Assembly (NCBI GenBank): GCA_013265495.1
Contig: MU057801.1
Span: 2,572,765-2,636,764 of the forward strand
DNA length: 64,000 nt
Source of the DNA: Vicugna vicugna
Taxonomy: Eukaryota
Direction: 5' to 3'
In this document: positions 36,965 through 49,020 of the stretch, one piece after another
Numbering within the stretch: the first letter of the stretch is position 1
How the letters are laid out: every line of letters starts with the position of its first letter
Notes under the pieces: model-generated
The model's input: only the letters and a program-made list of their open reading frames with translations
The model's database searches: none
Told to the model about the DNA's origin: nothing
Program-made: the position numbers and the translations under genes

Positions 36965-37085
36965 CCCGGGAGCCCAGCTCAGCCTCTCACTTGCTCTGTG
37001 ACCTGAGGCAAGTAACTCACCCTCTCTGAGCCTCTCCCCTCACCTGAAAAGCGGGGATGGCTGCCTACACTCATTTCACACGCTG
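36965..37085 (+). mobile_element. MIR SINE fragment
   Basis: cacttgctctgtgacctgaggcaagtaactcaccctctctgagcctc...ctcacctgaaaagcgggga is the MIR core. Confidence 0.7.
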
Positions 37086-39159
37086 CTGGGATGCTGGGTG
37101 GGGTGGGGGGGCCCACCCAAGCCCAGTGCTGGATGCTGCAGACCTGCCCAGTATCATCAGCATCCTCACCAGACACAAGGCCTGGATGGTCCTAACTAGG
37201 CTTGGGTGAGTCACTGGTCCTCTATGAACCTCTGTCTCCTTTTCTGCTCGGTGGTGGAAGAGCCTCTGCCCTGCTGACCCTGGTGGTGCTGCTGGGAGGG
37301 CACAGAGAAAACACTGCATGACAGCCTGCCGTCACGGGCTCCTACCAGGAGCACCGCGGGTCCTCAGATGCAGCAGAAGGAAAAGGTGCTAGGCCTGGCG
37401 CTCAGCTCAGAGCCGCCTGAGCGTCTTGTGTGCACCAGAGCCCCATGGCCACGGCAACCCTTACCGGGAGCTGCATTTGAGGATGACTACGGAGCACCAA
37501 TACTAATTAATCAGAGCCCAGACACCTGGGTCCGGGCAGGGGCGTGGCTCACACGTGCCCCTTTCCAGCCACGTGGGCTCCGCGCGGGGCCAGGCTGCTG
37601 GGCTGGAGGCTGGCCCTGCCGGCTGAGTCCTGGCTCTGCTGCCTGGCCTCCCGAGCACTGGGATTAACACACGCCCCCAGCTCCCTCCCTCCTTCCCACC
37701 AGCACCCGTCCACCCACCTCAGCCCCTGCCCAACTCTCTAAACTGTCATGGTGAGGTCACGCTGGTGTCACCCCCCTCTTCTCCATCATGAACAAGACTC
37801 ACATTCTGTTTGCACCAAAATTGTGCATCCCTCCCCCAAAGCATCCCACAGACTGCAGTGAGCTCGGGTGAGTGGGGCCTGGGGGGAGCTCAGGGGCTCT
37901 GGGGGAACTTGGAGGAGGTGGGCGGGGGCCCCACGGGCCTGAGTGTCTGCAGTGGGGTCACCTGGACCCCAGTCTCCTCCAGGCAAATGGTGCCACGGCT
38001 CCAGCAGGGTCTGGAGATGGTGGGGGGAGGCCAGGAACGGGGCAGGTGGGTGCCCCCACACGAGTAGCAGTGCCCAGGTGATGGGCCCCCACCCCCGGGA
38101 AGGGCACAGCCCAGCCCTCCTCCGTGCCGCGGCTACAGCTTCCCCTCACAACGGTCCATCGTTCTTGGGGTCCAAGCCTCATGAGCCTCCTTCCTGCATG
38201 CTGGGGTAACAAACCTGCAGCCCCACGGAGAACACGGGCGAGCGCACCCTTGCAGACCTGACCAGAGCCAGCGGCCGGGAGCTCAGACCGCTTCCCGTCT
38301 GTCACCCACACTCCTGATCCCACTTTCCTTTCCCTGGGGGCGAGCCGGGGACGAGCCCATCACGTCCAACCCCCGTCAGAACTGTGGTCCTGTGCCCTCT
38401 GCCCAGCAAGGCCTGCGAGGGAGTCTGGCCTCTGCTGTGGACCAGACGGCGCTTCATGCCTGGAGGACTCAGCCAAGGCAGGTCCTGGGCCAGCCAACCT
38501 CACATTCGCCTTGGAGCACTGGGTGCTCGGGGCAGATGCTGGAACCCTGCTTGCAGGAAGTCATGGAGGGCTTCCTGAAGGAAGGGGAAATGGAGGAGAG
38601 GAATCCTGGGGTGTTAGTCTGAGCAGCAACAGCCTGCCCCTGTTTTGCAGCCTGGCTCAGGGCACGCCACTGAACCCCAGCTCAGGGAGCTGCATCTGAG
38701 GCGGGACAGGGGTTTGCAGTCACAGGAGGCCAGCCACCCCCGAGTTTTGTCTGAGAAATGACTGGCTTCTTGGACGCAGGGAGACCAGGTGGCCTCAGCC
38801 TTTGCCACGTAGCAGGGCTGCTGGAGGCCCCGGCCTGTCCTCCCTGGCAGAAAGGCCTCAGACTTGGTGTTGGGAGGAGGCCCTTTGGCTACGGGACAGG
38901 GTGGAAGAAATCCCTGCCCCTTGCCTGGGTCCAGCTGCACAATGGAGGCTGCACTGTCCCACCTTCTTCATCTTCTGCCACTGGTGGGGCTCTGGGTCAG
39001 AAGGACCTAATGGCCCACCAGCAACACAGTGCCTTCCATCATCAAATCCACTTCCTCCCCTGCCTGGAGCCTGCAGCCGTCCCCTCCACCTGGGGTATCG
39101 TCAGGCCGGAGAGGGCCAAGGACCCTCGAGGACCCCCTGCATCCTCCCTGGGACCGTCT

Positions 39160-39548
39160 CTACAGCCCCAGACTGCTCAGTCCCAGCCCGCTCTCCAGTC
39201 CACCGACACTGTCCCTGAGCGTCCAGCCTGCATGACCGCTGAGGTCACCTGGACAGAAGCCTGGATGATGAACTGATGACACTGAGCCGCGTCCGTCCCC
39301 CATGCCCTTCACACGGTGCTGTGCTGACGTCCGAGGCTAAGCCGCCTCTCTCTCCTGGGGCTTGGCCTCCACGTGGGGGAGACCACGTGGAGAGGGCACT
39401 GGGCCCGGCTGGCCAGGCTTGTCCGGCAGAGCCCCGCACGTCCTGTGCTCATCCAGATCCCTGACCCACACGCGAGGTCAATAAACAACGCTGTTTAAAG
39501 CTGCCGAGGCTTCGGCTGGTCTGTTGTGAAGCCATAGCAACCGAAACA
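39160..39548 (+). mobile_element. MaLR (MLT1-type) solo LTR relic
   Basis: The 3' end aataaacaacgctgtttaaagctgccgaggcttcggctggtctgttgtgaagccatagcaaccgaaaca matches MLT1 LTR termini; the 5' boundary is uncertain. Confidence 0.6.
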
Positions 39549-40240
39549 ACGTGTGTGTCTCCAAGGACGTCTTTCCTGGGGCTCAAGGCCTGCGGGGCCG
39601 CACTGCGTGAGGATGCGGGGCCGGGACATGGCGCTCATCCTCCAGGCTCTGCTGGTCCCCCTTGTGTCACATCTCTTGGCCCAAATGTAACTGGAGCTGT
39701 ACTCAGGTGGCTTCAGAGTCCCCAGCGTCAACAGCAGCAAATGTGCAAAACTGAACGAGAGGCAGGACAGAACGTTCCCATCGCTGCAGGTGACAGGGCA
39801 CAGACGCACTGTCCCCTGATCTCTGCCAGGTGGGTGTGACTCCTAGGGGGACACAGATGCCAGCCTGGGACCCAGCACCTCCCACTGGCCCCCCACAAGA
39901 CCCTCTGGGTTTGGGGGGTGAGGTCACCAAGCAGCAGGTGCGACTGAGAAATTAGATGCAGGTCTCCCCTCAGGGATCGATCAGACAACCGCAGACACAC
40001 CACGGAGCATTCGTCCTGGAGGTGTCCGAGCCCAGACACCTCTGGGAAGCAGACTGAGACTCGCAGCTAAGGAAACCCAGAGCTGCAAAAGTCCTGCCAC
40101 TTTAGAGGACATGTGCACACATAAGCCGCTGAGGCGAGAGCAGCTGCAGAGAAGCAGGTACCAAACCGCTAATGTGATCCTCTCTGGGCAAAGTTACAGA
40201 GACGTTCTTCTCATAATTTAGGAACTTTCTTCCTAAGCGG

Positions 40241-40501
40241 GGAAGTCTTTCTTTCTAAAAGCCTTTAAAATCTTCTCAAAATCCCAGCTTCCCACATACA
40301 TATAAAGAATAATACATGTAATATATTGACATGTATTGTAACATATTATGTATTGTTTATATATATGGGAAGCTGGGACTATATACTACTTTATATGTGA
40401 ATATACACTGTATGTTAATGTTACACTATTATACATTATATATATTTGGGAAGCTGAGATTTTGAAAAAATATTAAAAGGCTTTTAGAAAGAAATACTTC
40501 C
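40241..40501. repeat. Long imperfect inverted repeat with a nested internal hairpin
   Basis: The left arm ggaagtctttctttctaaaagcctttaaaatcttctcaaaatcccagcttcccacatacatataa is the reverse complement of the right arm ending ...ttttagaaagaaatacttcc. Confidence 0.93.
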
Positions 40502-40899
40502 TTGTTTCAGTCACTTTTCCAAACCAGAGTTTTGGGAGGAGCAGAATGTGTATGGTCCGGCTCCTGGAGTTTGTCCTGCCGGAGACGGGTCAGGCTGGAC
40601 AGGGCGCTCAGGAGCCTGGACTCCCGGCCGGATCAGGGACATGACCCTGTGGCACCTACATCGGCACCAGGGGAAGGGAGGGGAGGGGAGGGCAGCGCTG
40701 CGGCACAGGAGCGAACTGGGGTTGGTCCCCACTTCGGTCCCTGTAGAGCAGAGCCTGAGGCCACAGCGCAAAACACACCTGCAGGGAGCAGCAGGGAGGC
40801 AGGAAGCTGGGCACCTGACCAGGGGCTGGGGGCTCAGGTCCTCGGGGCTTCGTCTGGCCACGTGGCTTTCCGCCCCAGACGGAGCAACCCTCACGTGCC

Positions 40900-43250
40900 T
40901 GGGTCACACCATCTGGGTCCCGGGAAGTACCTGCACCCCCGCCGGGCACCCAGACGCGGGGACCCCGCCGCCAGATGGCGACGGAGCTCCAGGGAGAGAT
41001 GCCGGCCGCGATCCTCCCGGGCCAGCGGTCCACAGAGCGCAGGGCCCGCGCCCTGGGCTCCGCGCGCACCGGACCGGCCTGGGCCTGGGCGTGATTCAGC
41101 CTCCGCCTCCTCCCGCCCACCTGCCCGCGGCCGATGTCAGCGGGGAGGCGAGGGGGGCGCCCCGGGCGCGGGCACCCGCGGGAGGCGCGCAGGTCAGGGG
41201 AGCCCTGCTCTCGTGCTGGCTGAGGCGCTCCCTGCTGCGTCGTCAGCAGTTCGGGGAGCGGGCTGTTGGACTGGCTAGGAGTCTGCGGCAGTCAGGGTCT
41301 ACACCACAGAAATCAGGAGACACTGCAAAACGGGGGGGGGGGTTGTGGGTCCCCTCCGCTCCTCGCGGCTGGTTTACAGCACACCGCTGCTTGGACCCGT
41401 CAAAGGTCTGCACTCCTCAAACGAAATTAGGAGGGCTGTCCTTGCATCACCGCAAGACGCTGTGCTGTCCTGCGGCTGCAGTCTCAGGTCCACTCGACCC
41501 CNNNNNNNNNNNNNNNNNNNNNNNNNNNNNNNNNNNNNNNNNNNNNNNNNNNNNNNNNNNNNNNNNNNNNNNNNNNNNNNNNNNNNNNNNNNNNNNNNNN
41601 NNNNNNNNNNNNNNNNNNNNNNNNNNNNNCCTCCCCAGGCCCCGCCTCCCCCCTCAAGGGCCGTCAGGTGTCACTTCCCGTCAACACGGCATCTCTGCTC
41701 TGCATCAACAGTGAACAAAGACCCCTCGTCTGACGTTTTTCTGAGGACGGCCACTCGGCCTGGAAGCCCGCGCCCGCACCGGGGACTGAAGGCTGGCTGC
41801 TGCGCGTGCGGCGCGGGAGCGGGTGAATCTCTGCCCTCAAAGGTCTTCGGGCGCCGGAACCTCAAAACAGCTCCGCGCGGGCAGGTGGCCCCGCCTCCAC
41901 CTGGCCCGGTGCTCGCGCGCTCGGCCGCGCGGCGCGGCCGGAAGCCCGGGGCGGGGGGCGGGGCGGGGCGGGGCCTGAGGTCAAGCACACCGCTGCTTGG
42001 ACCCGTCAAAGGTCTGCACTCCTCAAACGAAATTAGGAGGGCTGTCCTGGCATCACCGCAAGACGCTGTGCTGTCCTGCGGCTGCAGTCTCAGGTCCACT
42101 CGACCCCACGCGTAGGGTCCGCGGGGCAAGGCCTGGCCTCTCGGTTCTGACCGGCGATGCGGGTCAGTTCCGTGCACGGACTTTAAGGAGCCGCTGGGCC
42201 AGGTTTTCGGGTGCTTGGAGTCCAGCGGCCCGGAGGCCATGGAACCCTCACGAGGGCGCCCTCCTGCAGGCCCCTCCCCCCCCAAGGCCCAGCCCCAGCC
42301 CCANNNNNNNNNNNNNNNNNNNNNNNNNNNNNNNNNNNNNNNNNNNNNNNNNNNNNNNNNNGTCTGACGTTTTTCTGAGGACGGCCACTCGGCCTGGAAG
42401 CCCGCGCCCGCACCGGGGACTGAAGGCTGGCTGCTGCGCGTGCGGCGCGGGAGCGGGTGAATCTCTGCCCTCAAAGGTCTTCGGGCGCCGGAACCTCAAA
42501 ACAGCTCCGCGCGGGCAGGTGGCCCCGCCTCCACCTGGCCCGGTGCTCGCGCGCTCGGCCGCGCGGCGCGGCCGGAAGCCCGGGGGGCGGGGCGGGGCGG
42601 GGCGGGGCCTGAGGTCGGGGGCTTCTGAGAAAGGAGTCGCCCCGGCCCGCCGCTGCTGCCGGCGTGCGGCCGCTGCGCGTCCGGAGGCCCGTCGCCCGCT
42701 GTGCCCCCGGAGCCCCGGCAGCGGTCGGAGCTCTGGCCGCATGGCCGCCGGCGGGATGCTCTCTAGCATTTCCTGCTCGGGCGCCCCTCCCCCGGCGCGG
42801 CCCCGCTTGGCCCCCCCTTCACCGTCACCCCGCCTTAGCTATCGCCGCGCGAGACCCTTCAAAACTTGGGGGCTGAAGCCACAATGACGGACTTGAGCCG
42901 GGGCTCGGCCGGGCAGGGCGCCCCCCAGGCCGCTCCCCGGGGCGGGGGCCTCCGCCCCAGGAGGGAGGACCCGGCTGGGAGCGGCGGGCGCCAGGCTCTC
43001 CCCGCGTGACCGCCCCTTGGCCAGCTCCAGCTTCCTGGGCAGCGTGGTGGCCTCAGGCCGCCGGGGCCGCACGTGGCAGCTGGCTTCCCCGAGGCGGCGT
43101 TCCAGGAAGACGGACCCCAGTGTGCAGGCCCTGCGCTCACACTTGCTGATACCCCTCCCTGAACAGTCGCATGGCCAAGCCCGGGTCAGCGGGGAGTGGC
43201 GACACCAGGCAGGGTGGGCACGGGCGGGGGCCGGCCTCGGACCCTGGCGC
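40900..43250. promoter_or_regulatory. CpG island with promoter-like motifs (no associated coding gene seen)
   Basis: Dense CpG. Tandem GC boxes (ggggcggggcggggc at ~41955-41974 and ~42583-42608), an ETS-like ccggaag, an NRF1-like gcgcgtgcg, and a CTCF-like ccgccagatggcga at 40968-40981. Confidence 0.7.
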
Positions 43251-44149
43251 CCTCACTCCCCGGTCTCAAGACCAGCTCCCCTGGGAAGCAGCTCACCCGG
43301 GAGCTCACCTAGGGAGGCTTGGATCTTGGCAGTTACCGCCCAGAACTGCGTGCGGCTTCACGCGAACGTTTTAAACAGTTCGTTAGAAGTTCAGGAGCTT
43401 TCACTGTCTTGCAAGATTTGCTTGCGTAAGTCATTATCCTGAAAATTAATTAATTCTTTCAGTCAGATTTTTAATGGAGGACGCATTTAATTCTTTGTAT
43501 AGTATGACAAATTTCTGCTAAAGACTGACAGCTGTGGGCATTAACCACCGTTCTCATTTCAGAAACCACCCTGCCAACCCAGTTTTACTATTTTGTGGTA
43601 AAGGGATGGGTTAGAATCACCACTGGAAAAAAGAGAACTTTGGGCCACAAGCCCGGAGTGTCGCTGCCAACAGCATCTGACCAGCAGGACGCACAGGTCA
43701 TCGCAGCAGTCAGGACACGCGCCTTGAGTGACATCTCAAGCTCTCCCTGTGTCCAGGGCTGTTGATAAGCACGGGAAGTCTCTTTGGCATTTTCCATGAA
43801 ACTCTTTTTTTCCCCTTTTTTTTTCATTAGAAAATGACAAAAGCATGGTAAAAAAAAAAAATCAGCCAGACGGTTGTGTGGTGAAAAATTAGCCTCTTTC
43901 CTCCTGCTGCATGGCCCCCGCGCCAACGCTCGGTTCTCCAGAGTCGGGCCCCGGGGGCCAGGGAAACAACGGCGCATCGTGTTCACACGTACGCAGTTCA
44001 CGGCCGCGGCAGCACCCGGTAGACCTGCCCCTGCCCCTGCCCTGTTCCCTCAGCCTCCAGGGCACCCTGGACACTGCTCCCGCCCGGGTCAGCTCTCACC
44101 CAGGGGGAGCTTCTTGGAGTAATCCAACAGCGTCTCAGCTGGGATCTGG

Positions 44150-44980
44150 CTGGTAACTGGGTCTTCCGCAATTAGTCGCCTGGTCCACATGAGTTTTCAG
44201 ATTTATTTACATAGAGTTAAGCAAGGTATTCCTTCTGAATGTGAACTTTTTTCTGTATCTGGGGTTTCTCCCGCTTTCTCATTTGAACTGTCTTCTGAGG
44301 CTGAGTTTCTGGTGTGCCCGTGTGTGAGCCTACGTGTCCGCGTAGTGCAGACGTGCACTCGGAGCTTCTGAGTACACACCCGCGTGTGTGTCTCAAGTCG
44401 GCCGAAGATTACTTTTTCCTCCTCATTTTCTGTTTTCAAATTCATCAGTTCCTGCCTTTATGGAACTTAATTTCCTCTCTCGCCTCTTCTAAGGCTAATT
44501 TTGTTGGGGTTTTTTTCTCTTTGCCCAAACTGAACGCTCACTTATTTTTCTTCGCACTTGTCAACAGTTCACCAGGGAAGCACCTGGTTCTGGGTTTTCT
44601 TGGTGGGACGCTTTTTTATGACCAGCTCAACGTCTCGTCATAAATGTATTCAGACCTTCTGTTCCCTGCGGAGTCGGTCTAGGCATCTGCACCCACTGCA
44701 CGAGGGCCGCCTGCCGTGCTGCCCCGCAGCTCCCCACGGCCGCCCACGGCCCTTCTCACTCTGCGTGGCCCCTGATGTTGTCCCCTATTCAGGCCTGATT
44801 TCGTCATTTGAGTCTCTCCTCCCTTTGGGATCAGCCTGCCTAAGGTGTGTCAGTTTTGTCCATCTTTTCAAAGAACACTCTCTGGTTTCTCTGTCCTCTG
44901 CCTCGCGCATTTCCACTGTCTTTGTGGCTTGCTTCCTGCCGCTGCTGCGAGGCCAGGGCTCGGCTCGGCCTGGTCATTAA
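44150..44980 (-). mobile_element. Old L1 ORF2 relic
   Basis: cagcctgcctaaggtgtgtcagttttgtccatcttttcaaagaacac and T-rich tracts typical of antisense L1. Confidence 0.5.
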
Positions 44981-45949
44981 CGTGGGTGATGAAGGTGCTG
45001 ACTTCAGCCACTTCCTCCCAGGGTTTGGAATTGCTTCGTTCCCGTGACCAGAGGTCTCGGTCTTGAAACGCTCTTCCTGACTGCGTTTTCATCTTGATGA
45101 CTGTTGACAGTCTTCAGCAATTCAAGCTAATGGAGCAGAAAATTTGATGCTGTGTTAGACATAAACAGTGAGCTTGTGCTGGGAGGGCCTCTGTGAGGGG
45201 ACCAGCTCCGTGGCTGTTTCTCTGCTTCCGGGGGAGCTGCCCCATCTGCCCCAATCCAGGGGGCGGGGGGGGGGCAGCAGGCAGGCTCCCCTGTCGCGTT
45301 TCACGTCCGTGCGAATCCTCTGTGCTGGGGGCCTGCGACTGTCTGTTCAGCTGGGGCCTTGCTGTGGGCGGGTGGAGCTCATCGCTGGCTTTAGGGCAGA
45401 TCCGGCACCCCTTTGGTTCTCGGTGTTCTGTGTTGCACCTGTAAGCACCAGGGAGCTGTGCCCATGTCTGAGAGAGACCGAGGCCTTCCCACACCAGCGT
45501 CACCAGGTCTGGGCCACCTCTGAGTGACCACAGTTACACCTCCCTTTGACTTTGCTGAAAGCCGAAACCAGGAAACTCCTGCCTTCGGGAGGAATTTGTC
45601 ACCCAGACATTAAAATCATCCTTATGCCGTCTCCGGAAAGCCCGCCCAGAGGCCCCATGACAAGTTTCCTGGGGACCATCGGACCTGCCCTGCTTGATTC
45701 AACGCCCTCAGAGAGAGAGTTAGACTATTTTATCATAGGTTTAAATCCATCTTTGTTACGACCTTGAGACTGAGGCTTAGCCACCCCAAGTGATGCGGCC
45801 GCCACCCACACGTGCTTAGAAAGCCAGGCATTGCGGCCTCAATCAGCTCAAGGAACTGCCGGACAGGACGTCCTCCAGGGTGACATCCTAGGACGCTTCT
45901 CAACTCAGGCTAACGTGTGAATGTGTGTTTCAGGAAACACTATGGAAAC

Positions 45950-46830
45950 CACTGAGAAATAAATTGTGAACAGTATCAGAAAGACTGCCAAAAGCAATCA
46001 AAATCAAAATGATAATATCTAACAAAGAATTGGTATCCAAACTATAGCGAGAACCAAAACTCAACAAAGACAGCCTGATTCAGAAATGGCCATGTCTCCA
46101 AAGATACACCAATGGCGCATAAGCACACGAAACGACGCCCAACGCCGCCGGCCACGAGGTGTCAACTCACAGCCTGAGAATGGCTAGGACCAGAGAAACA
46201 GAGCCAGCGCTGCGGGCACGCGAGGAACTGCAACCCACGTGCTGGCTGGGATGTGGAACCTACAGCTGCAGGGAAGCAGGAGCGGGTTTCCTCAGAAAAT
46301 TGAAACCAGAAGTGCCCCACGATCCAGCAGTCCTGCCCCGAAGCCCTGAAGTCTCCCAGCGTCCCTGCAGATACGCCGTGTCCCCGAGCGCGTCCCTCAC
46401 ACGAGCTGGAGCGTGGAGGCAGCCCACATGTCCACGGACGGGCAAGCGGACACGCAACACGTGGTCTGTACCGACGGCGACTATTACTCAGCCTCGAAAA
46501 GAGGGAAAGTCTGCAGCACACTTCCAGGCCTGTGACTTGTGGGGACGTCCTGCCGAGTGAAATCAGTCACAGAAGGACCTCCACCCCAGCGAGGTGCCCA
46601 GAGTCGCCAGAACCCCAGCCACGGAAGGTCAGGTGGCAGTGGCCAGGGGCAGGGAGGGGGCTGGGGGCCCCTGTGCAGTGGGTGCCGAGCTCAGCTTTGC
46701 AAGATGAGAAGAGCTCCGGGGGCAGGCGGGGGTGACGGCTGTACGACAGGGACGTGCTGGGCGCCACTGCACTTAAAAGGGTGAAGACGGTAAATTCTAC
46801 CTTGTGCACATTTTACCACAATAAGAACAT
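45950..46830 (+). mobile_element. Old L1 (L1MB/ME-like) 3' portion, strongly GC-eroded
   Basis: aagaattggtatccaaac...aagcacacgaaacgacgcccaacg...ttcctcagaaaattgaaaccagaagtgccccacgatccagcagtcc, ending cacttaaaagggtgaagacggtaaattctaccttgtgcacattttaccacaataa. Confidence 0.8.
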
Positions 46831-48114
46831 GCATGTTTTAGGGATAATTTATAATATGTTGAAAGCATATTTTAAACCAATGTAAAAACTAATACAACTA
46901 ATTCATGTTTATTTTATAGCAGGTCGTGAAGACAAGACAAATCTAAAGGCTGTTTCTCCTACTGAATCTGTCATGTGCAATGTCATAATGTCACATGTAG
47001 GAAGAATCATTATTTATGAAATAAAACGAGTGATAAAAGCCTTCAGAATAATTCAGAAGCTTCTGCCAAAATCATAAATAGCCTTACCCACTTTATGAGA
47101 CATAATGACCCAAGTTTTATTTTATATTTAATAAAAACAGAAGGTGAAAGTGTTAGAACTCTAAGGGGCTGGTGGTTGCTTAAAACTGTATTTTTTGTTA
47201 GAATAAGAAGTAGTAAATTGAGTAAATATTGTTTTGATAAAGATGAGGATTGACTATAATTTGAATAAATATTTCACTCCGGGGCTTCCCAGCAAAGGGG
47301 AGATGAGGGTCAGTGGGCGCTGGTGGGAGTGGGGCAGGGGCCGGGCGTGTGTCCGGATGGAACACGAGTGTGAGGACACTGAGGGTGGGGAAGTCTCTCC
47401 CTGTGCCTGTGTGGCCCCGGCTGAGATCCCACCTGCTGCTTATCCCCAGACCAGCGCTGCGTCCAGCTCCCTCTGGCCCACCACACTCCCCAACTCTCAG
47501 CCAAGGCCAGCCAGCATCCCAAGTCATCACTGTGCGTCAGCAAGTCCCCACGTGCTGAGCGGCCAAGGCCACCCCCCACCCCGCCGTGGGCTGGTCTGAG
47601 CTTGGGACCGGGCCACCTCAGCTCTGGGGAAGAGAGGCGGGCAACCCCGCCTGGCAGGATAAGCTCCAGCCCACAGACAGGCCTCGAGTCCCTGGGGAGT
47701 CTAGGCGAACACCCCCGCCTCCCGAAAGCCGCTCAGCACCCAGGACGCCTCCATCTTGCCACCACGCAGCCCCACGCTCGTCAAACTGCCGTCTTCTGGT
47801 TAATCACTCACAAACTTTAATATCCACTGGTATTTGCTATCTGTTAATTGAATAATTAGGTATAATTAGTAACTCATGCATTCGCATCATTGTGACATTA
47901 TAGGCGTCAGGAGGATGTAAGTTAATTAGAGGTTAATGTTTTTGGCTCCAAATCAGATGCTTAAGTTGTGTGTTGGGCTCTTGCCAGCTGGGGAAGCATG
48001 AACTGTGCCCCTTTGATTAATTGTGCAGTGTTTCTGGGGTCTGGGAAAGCAGACTCAAAATCGACTGATGTCTAGGGATTTGGTGGTTTAAGAGAAGTTC
48101 CCAGAAAACCACAG

Positions 48115-48250
48115 TGATGTTGTGTATCAGCATTTACTGAAATCCTCCCTCATGTGGGACATGAGCAGCCACCACGGGGACACAAAAACGAGTCGGGTGC
48201 AGACCCCGGCCCCTGCCTGCAGCCAGGGAGGTAAAATCAGCCTGCACTCA
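48115..48250 (-). mobile_element. L2 3'-end relic
   Basis: atcagcatttactgaaatcctccctcatgtggg...gaccccggcccctgcc resembles the antisense L2 tail. Confidence 0.45.
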
Positions 48251-48829
48251 GGTCCCCGCAGGAGGAAGAAAAGAGAGACCGTGGCCACGGCCAGGAGGCT
48301 GAGCTGCCCCAGAGTCCCGGCACCTGCCCTCAGGGGATGGCGGCTCTTTCATAAAGGTGACCCGTTAATAAACCACTGATTTCCTGAATGAAACTTCAGG
48401 TCAGGAAAAGAAACTCTTTGTCAAGGCATCAGGCATGATTTCAGACTTAGAAAACACGGGCTGTGGGAACTGGAAGAAGGGTGAGGTCGCTCAGCCTGAG
48501 CAGGTTAGAACCCATTCAACTGCAAACGAGGGAGCCCCAGTCTGGGCTTAAACAGAAAGGAAAAAAGGTGCTACTGATGCAGCTCTGAAAACCCCAGGGG
48601 TGGACATCAGGCATGGCTGCCTCCAGGAACTCAGTGTCCCCAGGAAGCTCTTTCTGTCTTTTCCATTTCTGGATGGGAAGGGTTACTACAGTTCCGTCCG
48701 TGTTGGCGCTTTCTCAGCGAGGCTCGCCCCACGTACGGCAGACTGACCGGCTTTAACTTGCTGCCCCTTTGTCTGCTCCAGGCACAGCAGTCACAGGGAT
48801 GCAGGAACAGCCGACATGTTCTCAGAGTT

Positions 48830-49020
48830 CACTGTGTGCCAGGCAGCAACCTAGATGCTCCGTGGGGACTGACTCCCTTGATCGTCTACAGCCCCTAGCG
48901 GGAGATTAGTAATCACCACCCCATTAACAGGGGGAAACTGACCGCCGAGATAATTCAGCCGCGGAGAGAGACGCGGCCAAAGAGAAGGCCTCCTTCGGGG
49001 CAGATCCAGCCGAAGTCCCA
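48830..49020 (-). mobile_element. MIR relic
   Basis: aatcaccaccccattaacagggggaaactgacc resembles the antisense MIR core. Confidence 0.5.

Noticed and set aside
40502..42887. ORFs of 256-388 aa in the CpG island
   Set aside because: Pro/Arg/Gly/Ala-rich low-complexity products, several spanning gaps and duplicated blocks; expected from GC content.
47732..47752. RE1-like ctcagcacccaggacgcctcc
   Set aside because: The right half-site lacks the conserved AG of GGACAG; a weaker match than the 8313-8333 site.
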